In this document: piece by piece, positions 42,851 through 54,029 of the stretch
Numbering within the stretch: the first letter of the stretch is position 1
Layout of the letters: each line of letters begins with the position of its first letter
Assembly (NCBI GenBank): GCA_963666315.2
Contig: CAXXHG010000008.1
Location: forward strand, 142,969 to 206,968
Length of the DNA: 64,000 bases
Source: Candidatus Binatia bacterium
Lineage (GTDB): Bacteria; Desulfobacterota; Binatia; Bin18
Direction of reading: 5' to 3'
Made by a program: the position numbers and the translations under genes
Notes under the pieces: generated by a model
What the model was told of the DNA's origin: nothing
What the model saw: the letters and a program-made list of their open reading frames with translations, nothing else
The model's database searches: none

Positions 42851-43326
42851 CCGCCATCCTCGTCCTGTCCTTTGCACAAATCGCGTCCGATAAGGTGGGA
42901 ATCTGGCAAGGTTGCCTCCCCAAGACCTCAATGAAATAGCGGTGCCCATGGGGACCTTGCTTGCTCAGTGCTAATCTTTTTTGGCGTCCAGACACGGCTG
43001 ATAGCGGCCATTGTGTCAAGCTTCGTACCAAAAACCCTGGACACTGGCGGAGCCGCGTCTAGCCATTGGGGACGGGCTTTAGTACAATCCAGCGCGATCG
43101 GTTGCCGAGGACGGATTATCTGCCGGGACCTCTGCCGTCCTGGGAGGAAACGGAACAAGAAGGCAACGGAGGCGCGATGAGTGAATCCCGGGACTTTGCA
43201 GATAGCGCGCTGGATGTTGTACCTTCGCGAGATGCTATTCCCAGGGAAACCGCTCCACTTTCACTGTAACGCCTGTCGAGGTTATTGCGGCCCGATTGGG
43301 CTCACATTCAGAAGGAGGCGAGACGC

Positions 43327-44160
43327 ATGAGCACACACGTTGACGAACGGCCGAACGCAAGAGAAAGGGAACGGCGCCTGGGGTTCGTGAGCCGGCCTCG
43401 GTTCGAGGACTATCGCGAGAAATTCGCCCCATACTTTAACATGGAGCGCCGCAACGGCATCCTCCAAGTGCAAATGCACACGGCGGGAGGGCCGGTCATG
43501 TACGGCCTCCCGATGCACAATGCTTGGTCCCAGCTGTGGCTGGACCTGGGTAACGACCCCGACAATGAGGTGCTGATTTTCAGCGGCACGGGCGACAAGT
43601 GGATCGCCGGGTTTGACCCGGAAATGACCAAAGAGCCCTTCCACGAGTTGCCGTCTGATGCGTTCTACGATCAGCTCTACGCGGACGCGACGAAGCTACT
43701 GGAGGCATTCATTTTCAATATCGACATTCCCACGATAGCCTGTATCAACGGCTCGGGCTTGCACACGGAATTCGCGCTGTTATGCGACATTACGCTGTGC
43801 GCGGAACACGCGGAGCTATTCGATCCGCACTTTGAGTACAACCTCGTGCCCGGGGACGGCCAGGGGCTGACGTTCCAGGAGTTGATGGGGCTCAAACGCG
43901 CGGCATACTATCTGTATACCGGTGACACGATCAATGCGGAGATGGCCAAGGAGATGGGCCTGGTCAACGAGGTGCTGCCGCTAGACGGGCTGCTGCCGCG
44001 GGCCTGGGAGATTGCGGAAAAGATCATGCAGAAGCCGCGCTCCATCCGGCGCATGACCAGTGCGGTGCTGCGGCGCAAGTGGAAGCGGCGGCTGGTGGAG
44101 GATCTAGGGTTCCACATCGCGCATGAATTGCTCGGCATGCACCTCACCAAGGCAGAATAG
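43327..44160 (+). CDS. crotonase-family protein, 6-oxocamphor hydrolase-like
   Basis: FEDYREKF, DPDNEVLI..GTGD, HTEFALLCD, FDPH..VPGDG. Confidence 0.8.
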   Translation: MSTHVDERPNARERERRLGFVSRPRFEDYREKFAPYFNMERRNGILQVQMHTAGGPVMYGLPMHNAWSQLWLDLGNDPDNEVLIFSGTGDKWIAGFDPEMTKEPFHELPSDAFYDQLYADATKLLEAFIFNIDIPTIACINGSGLHTEFALLCDITLCAEHAELFDPHFEYNLVPGDGQGLTFQELMGLKRAAYYLYTGDTINAEMAKEMGLVNEVLPLDGLLPRAWEIAEKIMQKPRSIRRMTSAVLRRKWKRRLVEDLGFHIAHELLGMHLTKAE

Positions 44161-44413
44161 CCCACAGGTTGGCGTGGCGCCACATATTCCAAGGCTGGGC
44201 GCTGGCCGAGCAGGGACAGGGGGAAATGGACTAGCCAAATACGATGTGGTTTGGCTGAGTTTCGAGCTACAGGGGCCAAGCTGCCTCTGTTCTATCTTCT
44301 TACCCTGGTCGCGGTGTCAGGTGCAGGGTAGGTTCATGTGACCAGAAAAAGATGGCCTTGCCAAGACACACCCTGCGTGCCACGCTGAAGCATCTTTCAC
44401 TGGGGGGTATGCT

Positions 44414-45691
44414 ATGGGCCGAGTCAATGCCGTCGAGAACAACGCTGCGGCGGTTACGGAGACAGTTTCGTCGGTCTATGTGCCTCCCCTCCAACTCACA
44501 GAAGGGCAGCCACCACCCATCGCTGCGAACGGCGGTTTATCCTACATGTCGTTCGATCGGGACGGAGATGCGGGAACTGCTGCAGCGACGGAGGCGGCGC
44601 TCCGCCAGATTGCCGAGGGGGAGGAGCAGGCGGTCATCGACATGATCGACAACGCGCCTCCCGGCCCCATCGCGACCAAGTGGGGCATCGGGTTTCGTAG
44701 CTACGCAGAGTGCCTGGAATATATTCGGGCGCAGAACATCGCAGCCCCTGAAGGCAGCCTAGCGCTTCCGCTGCCCTACACCGTCCACGAGCAGCCGTCC
44801 TACTCCATCGTCTCGTCCAACGCGCTCTGGCGGGACCCGGCGCGCGAGGCCGAGGCAAAAGCGTTGCGCAAGGAAGAGGAGGACATCGGGCGGGGACGCC
44901 TCTATTTTCCGCAGATACTGCGCGACGCACGACGCATGGAGGAGTACTACCCCGGTCTCTCGCCCAACAGCTCTGCGTGCATGGACAAGCTTGGTGTCTC
45001 GCTCGCCCACTGCGAATCGAAGTGCCGAAATTTCTACGACGCGGCGGAGGTGGAGCGCGTGTTCTACCCGGAGATAGAGAAACTCCTCTTGGAGTTCTTC
45101 CCGGGTGCGACGGATGCGCTCGTGTACAACCACGGCGTGTTTGACAAGGATTACAATGGCGACGTCAAGGAGGATCAGGACAACAAGGATCCGGGCGTGA
45201 ACAACTTCTACGCCAACATCGTGCACAATGACCTGAACGACAACAGCGGCCGCGTGCGCTGCCGCGAGCTGCTCACGAAGAACCTGCGGAACTTCGGGCG
45301 CGAGCAGCACTACACGGAGGAGCAGGCCGACGCGAAGATGTCGCGGCGGTTCATGTCGATCAACCTCGCCAAGCCGATGGAGACCGTACGCCAGAACCCC
45401 TTCGTGCTGTGCGCTTGGCCCTCTTTCGCCGACCAGCCGTACATCACCAACTACCGCATCTACGACGACCGCGTCGGCGAGACCACCCGCTTCACCTACC
45501 GCCCCGACCACGAGTGGTACTGGCTTCCCGAGCAGACGTCCACTGAGGTCTCGATGCTCAAGTGCTACGACTCTGTCACCGACGGCTCCGTCTCGCGCTG
45601 GTCTTTCCACACTGCCTGCATCGACCCAACCGCGCCCGACGACGCTCCCTGCCGCAAGAACGTCGTGGTCCGATCCTATGTCTTCTTCTAA
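44414..45691 (+). CDS. CmcJ/NvfI-like oxidoreductase with N-terminal extension
   Basis: FYD..EVERVFYPE, VHND, HEWYW.P, LKCYDS, FHTAC.DP..P.DAPCR. Confidence 0.7.
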   Translation: MGRVNAVENNAAAVTETVSSVYVPPLQLTEGQPPPIAANGGLSYMSFDRDGDAGTAAATEAALRQIAEGEEQAVIDMIDNAPPGPIATKWGIGFRSYAECLEYIRAQNIAAPEGSLALPLPYTVHEQPSYSIVSSNALWRDPAREAEAKALRKEEEDIGRGRLYFPQILRDARRMEEYYPGLSPNSSACMDKLGVSLAHCESKCRNFYDAAEVERVFYPEIEKLLLEFFPGATDALVYNHGVFDKDYNGDVKEDQDNKDPGVNNFYANIVHNDLNDNSGRVRCRELLTKNLRNFGREQHYTEEQADAKMSRRFMSINLAKPMETVRQNPFVLCAWPSFADQPYITNYRIYDDRVGETTRFTYRPDHEWYWLPEQTSTEVSMLKCYDSVTDGSVSRWSFHTACIDPTAPDDAPCRKNVVVRSYVFF

Positions 45692-46226
45692 GAAGACAAG
45701 AAGACGCAGCAGGGAGAGGCAGAGAGCTGTGTCTGACCCGCAGCCAAGAGCGGTTTCGTCTCGCGCACCAGCTGAGACATCCATTCAGTGTGGCGGAAGC
45801 TTTCTTCTTTACGGCGCGGGTCCATCAGTGGTGCGGAGAGGCGCCAGCCGCCCAGGACTTTTGGTCACAAAAGTAAGCATGGTTGGACTTCTATAACAAA
45901 TAATGTTTAGCTTCTGTGACCGCCTTAAGAAAAGAACCAGGAATATAAAAAGTGGTTTCAGGAAGGCAAGAATTTTCCTGGCACTTTTCGCGTGAAGAAG
46001 GAGTTTTTTTCGAAACTCTCACGTAACTCCGGAAGGCATACCTTTTTCTCTGCAACAGAGCCAAAATGGGCAAGTCGGGTTCTATGAGAATTTTCGTTCC
46101 TCTGTTGGAATGAAGTCGATTTTACACGTTTCGTTCCTGGCGGCCTACTCTGTGCCAGCAGTTGACGCCAGCCGTGCCAGGATAAACAATGCGAACCATA
46201 AGCGCTGCAGAAGAGAGGAATCAACG

Positions 46227-47216
46227 ATGGCACGCATTGGAGTGGTATTTGCTGGAGGCATGTCCCCACCGGATATAGTTGAGTACGTCAAACTGGCCGA
46301 AGAACTCGGCTACGAATTGGCTTTGATCGCCGAAGGACACGGCGGAGATCAGTTTGCGATCTTGTCGGCGTGTGCTGTCCAGACTGAGCGGATTCTGCTG
46401 GGCACCGGCATTAGCAGCATTTTTGTCCGGAGTGCACCAACCCTGGCAATGGCGGCCGCCAGTGTGGACCATTTTTCTAATGGAGGGCTGATTTTCGGTC
46501 TCGGCCCAGCCACAAGGTCCAGGTCGAACCGGAGCACGGTATCCCCTACAGCGAGCCTGTCCACCGCCTGCGAGAGACAGCGGACATCATCCGCACCCTG
46601 CTACGCGATGGACAGGTCTCCTATCAAGGCCGCGAGATCAACATCGACAACTTTGATCTGTGGTTTGAGCCCATCCGGCGTGAGATCCCGATCTACCTGG
46701 CAGCCGTCTTTCCGCAGATGTTAGAGATCTGCGGCGAAATCACCCAGGGAACGATCCTGGCCTGGAGTATGCTGGAAGCGGGGCGGAAGGCGGCTGAGCA
46801 TATTGCCATTGGCGCGCGGCGAGCAGGGCGTCGTCCTGAAGATATTGATATTGTGTCGCTGCTGCCCTGTAGCGTGTCTAAGAATCAAGGCGAAGCGATT
46901 GATCGTTTGCGACTAACCGCCGCATTCTATGCCGGATTCTTTCCCCGCTATAACCGACTGATGGCAGAAAGCGGCTTCCCTGAAGAAGCCAAAACCGTCC
47001 GCGCGGCGTGGCTCAAAGGGGATCGTGAAGGGGCCGCAAAGCTGGTGCCTGACGCAATGATCCAGGCCTTAGGTATTGTCGGCCCGCGGCGCAGTGTCGC
47101 GAACGGGTCAAAGCCTACTGGGAATCAGGCATACGGTTACCGGTCATTTCCCCTGCTGTGAGTGCGCCCGACGGCAAAGTAAGCGTCATGGAAGCGATGC
47201 GGGCGCTGCGCCGTAG
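46227..47216 (+). pseudogene. LLM (Mer-like) oxidoreductase, frameshifted
   Basis: LAEELGY..AEGHGGD, ILLGTGI; IPIYLAA.FP.ML in another frame; shifts near 46505 and 47085. Confidence 0.8.
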
Positions 47217-47284
47217 AAGCCCCCGGGGGACAGACCAGACGAGCTCACGCCAACGTTCTCCCTGCTCAGGAAAATCTGCCGGGC

Positions 47285-47460
47285 CTATCTACCTGAGTGC
47301 TTTCACCCGATGTTCGGCCACGCTGTCATCTTTCGGCCAATGGCAAAATCCTGAGGACCACAGTTCTCAGGGGCACACGGATGTCCAGTTTGGGATCGAT
47401 CTCGCGCGGACCTTGGAGCGAGACTGCTTTGGTTCGCTCTTTTTTGCCGCTTTACATGGC
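47285..47460 (+). pseudogene. NtaA/DmoA-family monooxygenase N-terminal remnant
   Basis: IYLSAF...GQWQNPED.S...IDLARTLE..CF..LFFA..HG. Confidence 0.55.
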
Positions 47461-47507
47461 GGGGGAGCGGGGAGTGTACCGAAGTCATTGACGCTACGGA
47501 TTACAAA

Positions 47508-47547
47508 GAGTTGTCCTTGTACGGTTTTCCTGCTCTTATCGCTCCAG
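47508..47547 (+). promoter_or_regulatory. conserved upstream motif of the cyclase-AAA-TPR genes
   Basis: GAGTTGTCC-N12-CCTGCTCTTATC..CAG, about 21 bp before GTG 47569; four copies in the window. Confidence 0.7.
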
Positions 47548-47568
47548 ATTGATCAGGGAGTCCAGGCG

Positions 47569-50500
47569 GTGAAATTCTCCGAAATTGTACAGCAAACGCG
47601 AGAGTGGTTGCAGCGCGAAGGACGGGTGTCGTATCGGGCGCTCAAGTTAGAGTTTGCGTTATCGGAAGAACACCTCGATGCTCTCAAGGAAGAGCTTATC
47701 GACATCCAGGAACTAGGCGTCGACAAAGACGGCAAAATGCTCGTCTGGACCGGCGACTGTGAAACATTACCCTCCTCCCAACCCCCAACCACCCAATCCC
47801 CAGCTACCTACGCCCCGCCCCATCTCGCCGAACGCGTTCGTGCCGAGCAAGCAGCGATGGAGTCGCGCGGCGCAGCTGACGGCGAGCCCAAAACCATCAC
47901 CGCCCTGTTTGCCGATCTCAAAGGTTCGATCGCCCTCATCGAAGGCTTAGACCCTGAAGACGCGAGAGCGATTATCGACCCAGCTTTACAGATCATGACG
48001 GACGCGGTGCATCGGTATGATGGGTATGTAGCCCAGGCGTTAGGCGACGGGATCTTTGCCCTGTTCGGTGCGCCGATTGCGCATGAAGATCATCCGCAAC
48101 GGGCGCTGTATGCGGCGCTTCGGATGCAGGAAGAGATGCGGGGATACAGTGGCAGGTTGCGCTTAAGTGGCGGTGCCCCGCTGCAAATGAGGGTCGGTAT
48201 AAATACGGGCGAAGTCGTGGTGCGGTCGATTCGCAAAGATGATCTCCATACCGATTATGGCCTTATTGGTCACTCCACGAATCTGGCGGCCCGGATGGAG
48301 CAAATGGCGAATCCCGGGTCGATTCTGGTCACCGACTACACGCATAAACTCACGTACGGGTACTTTGCCTTCAAGGCTATAGGAGCGGCGGAGATTAAGG
48401 GCGTCGAAGAACCGCTCGACGTGTATGAGGTCTTAGGCGTTGGTCCGCTGCGCACGAAGCTCGATGTCGCCGCGCGTCGCGGGCTCACGCGATTCGTCGG
48501 GCGCCAGAGCGAAATGGTGCAACTCCAGCAGGCGTTACACCATGCCAACGCCGGACATGGGTAGATCGTGGGCGTGTTGGGAGAACCAGGGCTCGGCGAG
48601 TCCCGGCTGTTCTACGAGTTCAAGCTGAGTGCACAGAGTGGCTGTCTGGTGCTCGAAGGCTTTCCGGTCTCGTACGGCAAAGCGTCGCCCTATCTGCCCG
48701 TGATCGATATGCTCAAGACGTACTTCCAGGTTGAGCCCCAGGATAACGAGCGGACCCGGCAGGAAAAGATTGCCGGGAAAGTGCTTATCCTGGATCGTAG
48801 TTTGGAGGACAGCTTGCCCTATCTGTTTTCCCTCCTGGGCAGTGAAGACCCACAGTCGTCGCTCTAACACATGGATCCCCGGATCCGGCGCCAGCGTACG
48901 TTTGAGGCCCTCAAGAAACTGTTTCTGCGGGAGAGTCTCAATCAGCCTCTGATCCTGATCTTTGAGGACCTGCACTGGATCGACACCGAAACCGAAGGCT
49001 TTCTCGATACACTCAGCGAGAGTGTCGCCTCGGCTCAGCTCCTCTTGCTGGTCAATTACCGGCCCGAGTACCGGCATGAGTGGGGGGCGAAGACCTACTA
49101 CACGCAACTCCGGCTTGCCTCCTTACGCAAAAGGGAGGCGGCGGAGCTGCTCGGATTTCTGGTCGGCAACGATACCAGCCTAGATGCCTTGAAGGCGCTT
49201 ATCTTGGAACGAACCGAAGGTACCCCGTTTTTCATGGAAGAGGTCGTGCGAACTTTGGCGGAGGAAGGAGTCCTGGTTGGCGAACGAGGGCACTATCGTT
49301 TGGAGACCACGCCCACGACACTACACATTTCCCCAACGGTCCAAGGAGTGTTGGCCGCCCGGATCGATCGACTCACGATGGAAGAGAAAGTGTTGCTGCA
49401 ACAGCTCTCGGTTATCGGTGGTCAGTTTCCAGTTAGTCTCGTCAAGCACGTAGTCACCCGATCAGACGACGAACTGTATCCGTTGCTGACCGCGCCCCAG
49501 CGCAGAGAATATCTCTACGAGCAGCCTGCCTTCCCAAAGGTGGAATACATCTTTAAGCACGCGCTCACCCAGGAAGTCGCCTACGGGACGGTGCTGCAGG
49601 AGCAGCGGAAAGCCTTGCATGAGCAGACCGGGCAAGCGGTAGAGACGGTCTATAAGGACAGTCTCGATGACCACTACGGTGAGCTGGCGCATCACTACCG
49701 TCTCAGTGGGAACGCGGAGAAGGCGGTGGAGTATCTGAGCCTGGCGGGGCAACAGGCACTCCAGCGGTCAGCCAACGAAGAGGCCATTCGACATCTGACG
49801 ACCGCGTTGGAGCTGCTCAAAAGCTAGCCGGACAAACTTGAACGCAGCCGGCAAGAACTGACCCTACATATCGCACTCGGTACGCCTCTGATAGCGACCC
49901 AGGGTCACGCGTCCCCGGAAGCGCGACGGGCCTATGCACGGGCCGCGAGCTCTGTCAGCGAATGGGTGATAACCCCCAGCTCTTCCCGGCGCTGTTTGGC
50001 CTATTTATGGCTTATACGGTGGGAGGGGAACACAAGACCGCGCATGGGCTCGCACAACAGATGCTCAGCTTGGCCGATCGTCAGCAAGGCCCTACATTCT
50101 CTCTACAAGCCCACCATGCGTTTGCGGTAGCCTCGTTCTTTCTTGGAGAGTCTGCTGCCGCCGGCGAGCACTTTGAGCAAGGCATTGTCCTGTACGATCC
50201 CGAGCGGCACAGTCCCCGTGTCTCCGGTGTCGCAGAGGACCCCGGAATGTTCTGCCGGATATATGCAGCTATGGCGCTGTGGCTTCTGGGCTATACAGAC
50301 CAGTCCCGGGGAGGGATGCAGGAGGCGCTGAACCTGGCACGGGAGCTGGCTCACCCCCATAGCTCAGCACTGGCCCTGAGTTGTGCGGCCCGGGTGCATC
50401 AATGCGGCCGGGAGGGGAAGCGCACCCAGGAGCAGGCCGAGGCCGCCATCACCCTGTGTGCCGACCAAGGGTTTCATTTCTGGCTGGCGTTCTGCCGTAT

Positions 50501-51012
50501 GCTGCGAGGCTGGGCGTTGGCCGAGCAGGGACAGGGAGAGGAAGGGATTGCCGAGATACACCACGGACTCGCTGGCTTCCGTGCCACTGGAGCCGAGTCG
50601 AGCACGCCGTATTGTCTGGCTTTACTGGCCGAGACGCATGGGAGCTGCGGGCAGGCTGGAGAGGGGCTGAAGGTGGTGGACGAGGCGCTAGCTATAGCGG
50701 ACAGAAATGAGGAGCGCTTTTACGAAGCCGAGCTGTATCGGCTCAAAGGCGAGCTGACGCTGCAATCCAGAGTTCAGAGTCTAGAGTCCAGGAAACGGAG
50801 CAGTGTTTCGAAAAAGCCATTGAGATTGCCAGGCGGCAACAAACGAAGTCGCTAGAACTACGTGCCGCCACGAGTCTGGCCCGGCTGTGGCAGCAGCAGG
50901 GGAAGAGGGAGGAAGCGCGAGACGTGCTCGCCCCCGTCTACAACTGGTTCACCGAAGGCTTTGACACCAAGATTTGCAACAGGCAAAAGAATTGTTAGAA
51001 GAGTTAACCTGA
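47569..51012 (+). pseudogene. cyclase-AAA-TPR copy 5, full length but inactivated
   Basis: All domains present; in-frame stops at 48562, 48865 and 49825; frameshifts near 49945 and 50790; Walker A reads GLGES. Confidence 0.92.
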
Positions 51013-51041
51013 AGCGATAATCGTCGGAAAGGGAGGAAGTT

Positions 51042-51416
51042 ATGAGTACACCGAATGAGCAGGTCGTAGTCGATTTTTTTCATGCGTTCGATCAGTTGGA
51101 TTTGGAGCGGGCGTTGAGCTATCTGACGGAAGACTGTGTGTTTGATGATAAGCCGGTCGGGCTGCACGAGGGCAAAGCAGCGATCCGGGAGTTTTTTGCT
51201 CCACAGATGGAGCAGTTGGAGAGTTTCCGGGCAGAGCTGAAAGATACCGTGTCGGTTGGAGATATGGTGATGAACGAGCGGGTGGACTGGCTAGAGCTGA
51301 AGGGAGGCAAGAAAGCAGAGTTAGCGGTGATGGCAGCCTTTGAGATTAAGGAGGGGAAGATAGCGGTCTGGCGCGATTATTATGACATGGCCAGTTTTCA
51401 AAAACAGATCAGTTAG
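51042..51416 (+). CDS. limonene-1,2-epoxide hydrolase family protein
   Basis: VMNERVD, VMAAFEI..GKI..WRDYYD. Confidence 0.85.
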   Translation: MSTPNEQVVVDFFHAFDQLDLERALSYLTEDCVFDDKPVGLHEGKAAIREFFAPQMEQLESFRAELKDTVSVGDMVMNERVDWLELKGGKKAELAVMAAFEIKEGKIAVWRDYYDMASFQKQIS

Positions 51417-51431
51417 GGGAGGAAATTGTTC

Positions 51432-52289
51432 ATGGATATCGGAATTTTCTCGATTAATCCGACTGCGGCTGCCGATCCGGCAGTGATAGCTAAGCGGACC
51501 GAAGAATTAGGTTTTGAGTCCTACTGGGTGCCCGACCACCCCATTTTTCCTGTGGGCGGTGAGAAAGAGTATCCGGGTGCCGATCCAGGTGAGGGCGCCC
51601 TGGATTTTTTGGCAAGAATGCCTGACCCGTTGATGGTCTTGGCCCGCGCCGGGGCGGTCACCACCACGTTGAAACTGGGGACCGGCATATATCTGGTGCC
51701 CGAGCGGCATCCCATCATCTCCGCCCAGCAAATGGCCACGCTGGATGACGCCACGCACGGCCGTTTTCTGTTAGGGATAGGCGCGGGGTGGAACCGGGTG
51801 GAGTGTGAGATGCTCGGCGGAGACTTCGCGCACCGCTGGGGCCAAACCAAAGATTTTATCGCGGCCATGCGCGTACTGTGGCAGGATGAGGAGGCAGCAT
51901 ATCAGGGCAAATATGTAGAGTTCACTCCTGTGCGGTGTTATCCTAAACCGGCCCGCAAGGCGGGCCCGCCCGTGTTGGTCGGGGGAAACAGTTCGCCCTA
52001 CGTCTATCGCCGCGTCGCAGAATGGGGTGACGGCTGGATCCCGCTCGTTGCCGATCTGGCTACCTTCAGTGCTGGCATGGACAAATTGAAACGAGCCTGT
52101 GACGCGGTTGGGCGGGATGTTGGTACGCTGGACATCACTGTTTTCGGGAGCTTTGGCCAGTGGCACACCGGCGAGGAAATAGCGGCGCTTGAGCAGGCTG
52201 GCGCGAACCGAGTCACGCTCTGGATCAATGCTTTCGATGCCGAGCAGACGCTCAACGAAATGGAATCCTTGGCCAAGGATCTGTTGTAA
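51432..52289 (+). CDS. LLM oxidoreductase, TIGR03619 (probably F420-dependent) type
   Basis: GFESYWVPDHP, GR..LGIGAGWN..E, PKP...PP..VGG, WGDGW. Confidence 0.85.
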   Translation: MDIGIFSINPTAAADPAVIAKRTEELGFESYWVPDHPIFPVGGEKEYPGADPGEGALDFLARMPDPLMVLARAGAVTTTLKLGTGIYLVPERHPIISAQQMATLDDATHGRFLLGIGAGWNRVECEMLGGDFAHRWGQTKDFIAAMRVLWQDEEAAYQGKYVEFTPVRCYPKPARKAGPPVLVGGNSSPYVYRRVAEWGDGWIPLVADLATFSAGMDKLKRACDAVGRDVGTLDITVFGSFGQWHTGEEIAALEQAGANRVTLWINAFDAEQTLNEMESLAKDLL

Positions 52290-52323
52290 TAGTATGTCCA
52301 GTCTAAGGTGTACGTGACTGCGC

Positions 52324-52408
52324 GTTCATGCTTCGACGGGGCTCAGCACGAACGGGTCTTAGCCATCGCCTTTTTTGCCGTTCGCCCTGAGCCTGTCGAA
52401 GGGAGAAC
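52324..52408. repeat. REP pair (TTCGAC..GCTCAG type)
   Basis: Same palindrome family as 37828-37913. Confidence 0.75.
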
Positions 52409-52460
52409 AATGACGAGGCAACGCACAGTTTCAAGGTAGACACGCCAGTAGTCTGGGTCC

Positions 52461-52649
52461 GTCGCCCGCCACCAAGACGCCAAATCCTGGGAACTGCGTG
52501 CCGCTACGAGTCTTGCCCGGCTGTGGCAGCAGCAAGACAAAAAGACCGAAGCCCACGACCTCCTCGCTCCGGTCTACAACTGGTTTACTGAAGGCTTTGA
52601 CACGGTGGATTTGCAGGACGCCAAAGCATTACTAGAGGCATTTTCGTAA
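52461..52649 (+). pseudogene. cyclase-AAA-TPR remnant 6 (3' tail only)
   Basis: [25 protein letters not shown]...[22 protein letters not shown]; not in the ORF track. Confidence 0.9.
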
Positions 52650-52671
52650 AATTAGGAATAGGTAACACGCA

Positions 52672-52834
52672 TGATATCGTTTCTGCTGGATGCCTATCCA
52701 TCTAGTGTCATAACGGCTCGCCCTTCGACAAGTTCAGGGTGAGCGGTTCCAGCTTATTGTGTAGCGTGTCTCCGTTCGTGCTGAGTCTGTCGAAGCATGG
52801 ACGCGCAACGACAACGATCAAATGGAAACCGTAC
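52672..52834. mobile_element. REP-containing MITE, inverted relative of 37796-37951
   Basis: Ends TGATATCGTTTC..GATGCC and ATCAAATGGAAACCGTA; internal CTTCGACAAGTTCAG/CTGAGTCTGTCGAAG. Confidence 0.7.
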
Positions 52835-52850
52835 GACGAGGAGGTAGCCG

Positions 52851-54029
52851 ATGACTGCCAGCACGAGATCCACCACGGATGCGGCCGAGCAGATTGTGGA
52901 AGCCGCGCTTGCCCTAGGTCCACAGATTCGGGCTGCCGTCGACGAAATGGAACAGGGCCGCCATTTACCGTCCGCCCTTGTGCAGGCCATGCAGCAGGCG
53001 GGCGTCTTTCGGATGACCATGCCGCATGAGTGGGGCGGCCCGGAAGCAGACCCACTCACACAAATGCGAGTTGTTGAAGCGTTGTCTTTGGCGGATGGCT
53101 CGGTGGGCTGGTGCTCTATGATCGGTTCGGATGGCGGTTATTTTACCGCGTTTCTTAACCAGACTGTCGCCCGCGAGATGTATCCGGATATTAATGCTGT
53201 AACGGCGACGGTGCTGAGGCCGTCTGGCCGGGCGCTCACAGTCAAAGGCGGCTACCGGGTCAGCGGTCGCTGGAAGTTTGCCAGCGGCTGTCAGCATAGC
53301 ACCTGGATCGCCAACGCCTGTGCGGTCTTCGATGGGGAGACTCCCCGGCTGAGCAAAAAGGGCGCTCCGGAGATTCGGGTGTGTTTTATCCCTGCGCCTG
53401 CGTGTGAAATCATCGATACGTGGACAACCACTGGCCTGCGCGGGACCGGCAGTCATGACGTAGAGGTCAACGACGTGTTTGTCCCAGCGGAGCGGACGTT
53501 TAACCTCGGTAAGCCAGTCAGTCATCGTCAGAGCCCGTTGTACGCACTGCCGTCGTTGTTCCTGTCCAATCTGCCTGGCGTGCCGTTGGGCATTGCCCGG
53601 AGTGCGATTGACACGGTGGTTGGGCTGGTCGGCCACAAACCGATGATGTTCGGCAATAATATGCTGTGCGAGGAGGCGCATATCCAGTCAGCGGTAGCGC
53701 AGGCCGAAGCGTTGTTGGGTTCAGCCCGAAGCTATTGGGTCGATGTCATAGGCGATCTTTGGGAAACGCTGCGTGCGGGCGATACGCTGTCTACAGGCCA
53801 GCGTGCACGCTACCGGCTGTGTATGACTCATCTGACCCATGCCTGTGTCCAAGCCGTGACGCTCATGTACAAGGCTGGCGGGGGCTCGTCGTTGTATGCG
53901 AGCCATCCCTTGGATCGTCACTTCCGCGATATCCATACGCTCAACCAACATGTGGTGGTGTCCCAGAAGACGTATCAGTCCGCGGGGCGCATGCTGCTCG
54001 GGCTTGAGCCGGGTGAGCCCTTCTTCTAG
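52851..54029 (+). CDS. acyl-CoA dehydrogenase-fold flavin-dependent hydroxylase
   Basis: DGSVGW, SGRWKFASGC, DTW...GLRGTGSHD, PLDRHFRD. Confidence 0.85.
   Translation: MTASTRSTTDAAEQIVEAALALGPQIRAAVDEMEQGRHLPSALVQAMQQAGVFRMTMPHEWGGPEADPLTQMRVVEALSLADGSVGWCSMIGSDGGYFTAFLNQTVAREMYPDINAVTATVLRPSGRALTVKGGYRVSGRWKFASGCQHSTWIANACAVFDGETPRLSKKGAPEIRVCFIPAPACEIIDTWTTTGLRGTGSHDVEVNDVFVPAERTFNLGKPVSHRQSPLYALPSLFLSNLPGVPLGIARSAIDTVVGLVGHKPMMFGNNMLCEEAHIQSAVAQAEALLGSARSYWVDVIGDLWETLRAGDTLSTGQRARYRLCMTHLTHACVQAVTLMYKAGGGSSLYASHPLDRHFRDIHTLNQHVVVSQKTYQSAGRMLLGLEPGEPFF

Noticed and set aside
42884-42910. GTCCGATAA, a possible XerC half-site after cyclase copy 4
   Set aside because: No TTAT arm at 6-bp spacing, and not repeated after the other tails.
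44759-45784. Long antisense ORFs (also 55065-55982 and 21654-22481)
   Set aside because: Shadow frames of high-GC genes with no recognisable motifs.
46051-46062. GGCTCTGTTGCA (- strand), similar to an IS6 terminal repeat
   Set aside because: A 12-bp orphan with no partner IR or transposase.
47158-48564. Long N-terminal extension on the cyclase ORF
   Set aside because: The open frame runs by chance through the LLM 3' end, an NtaA remnant and the upstream motif; paralogs place the start at GTG 47569.
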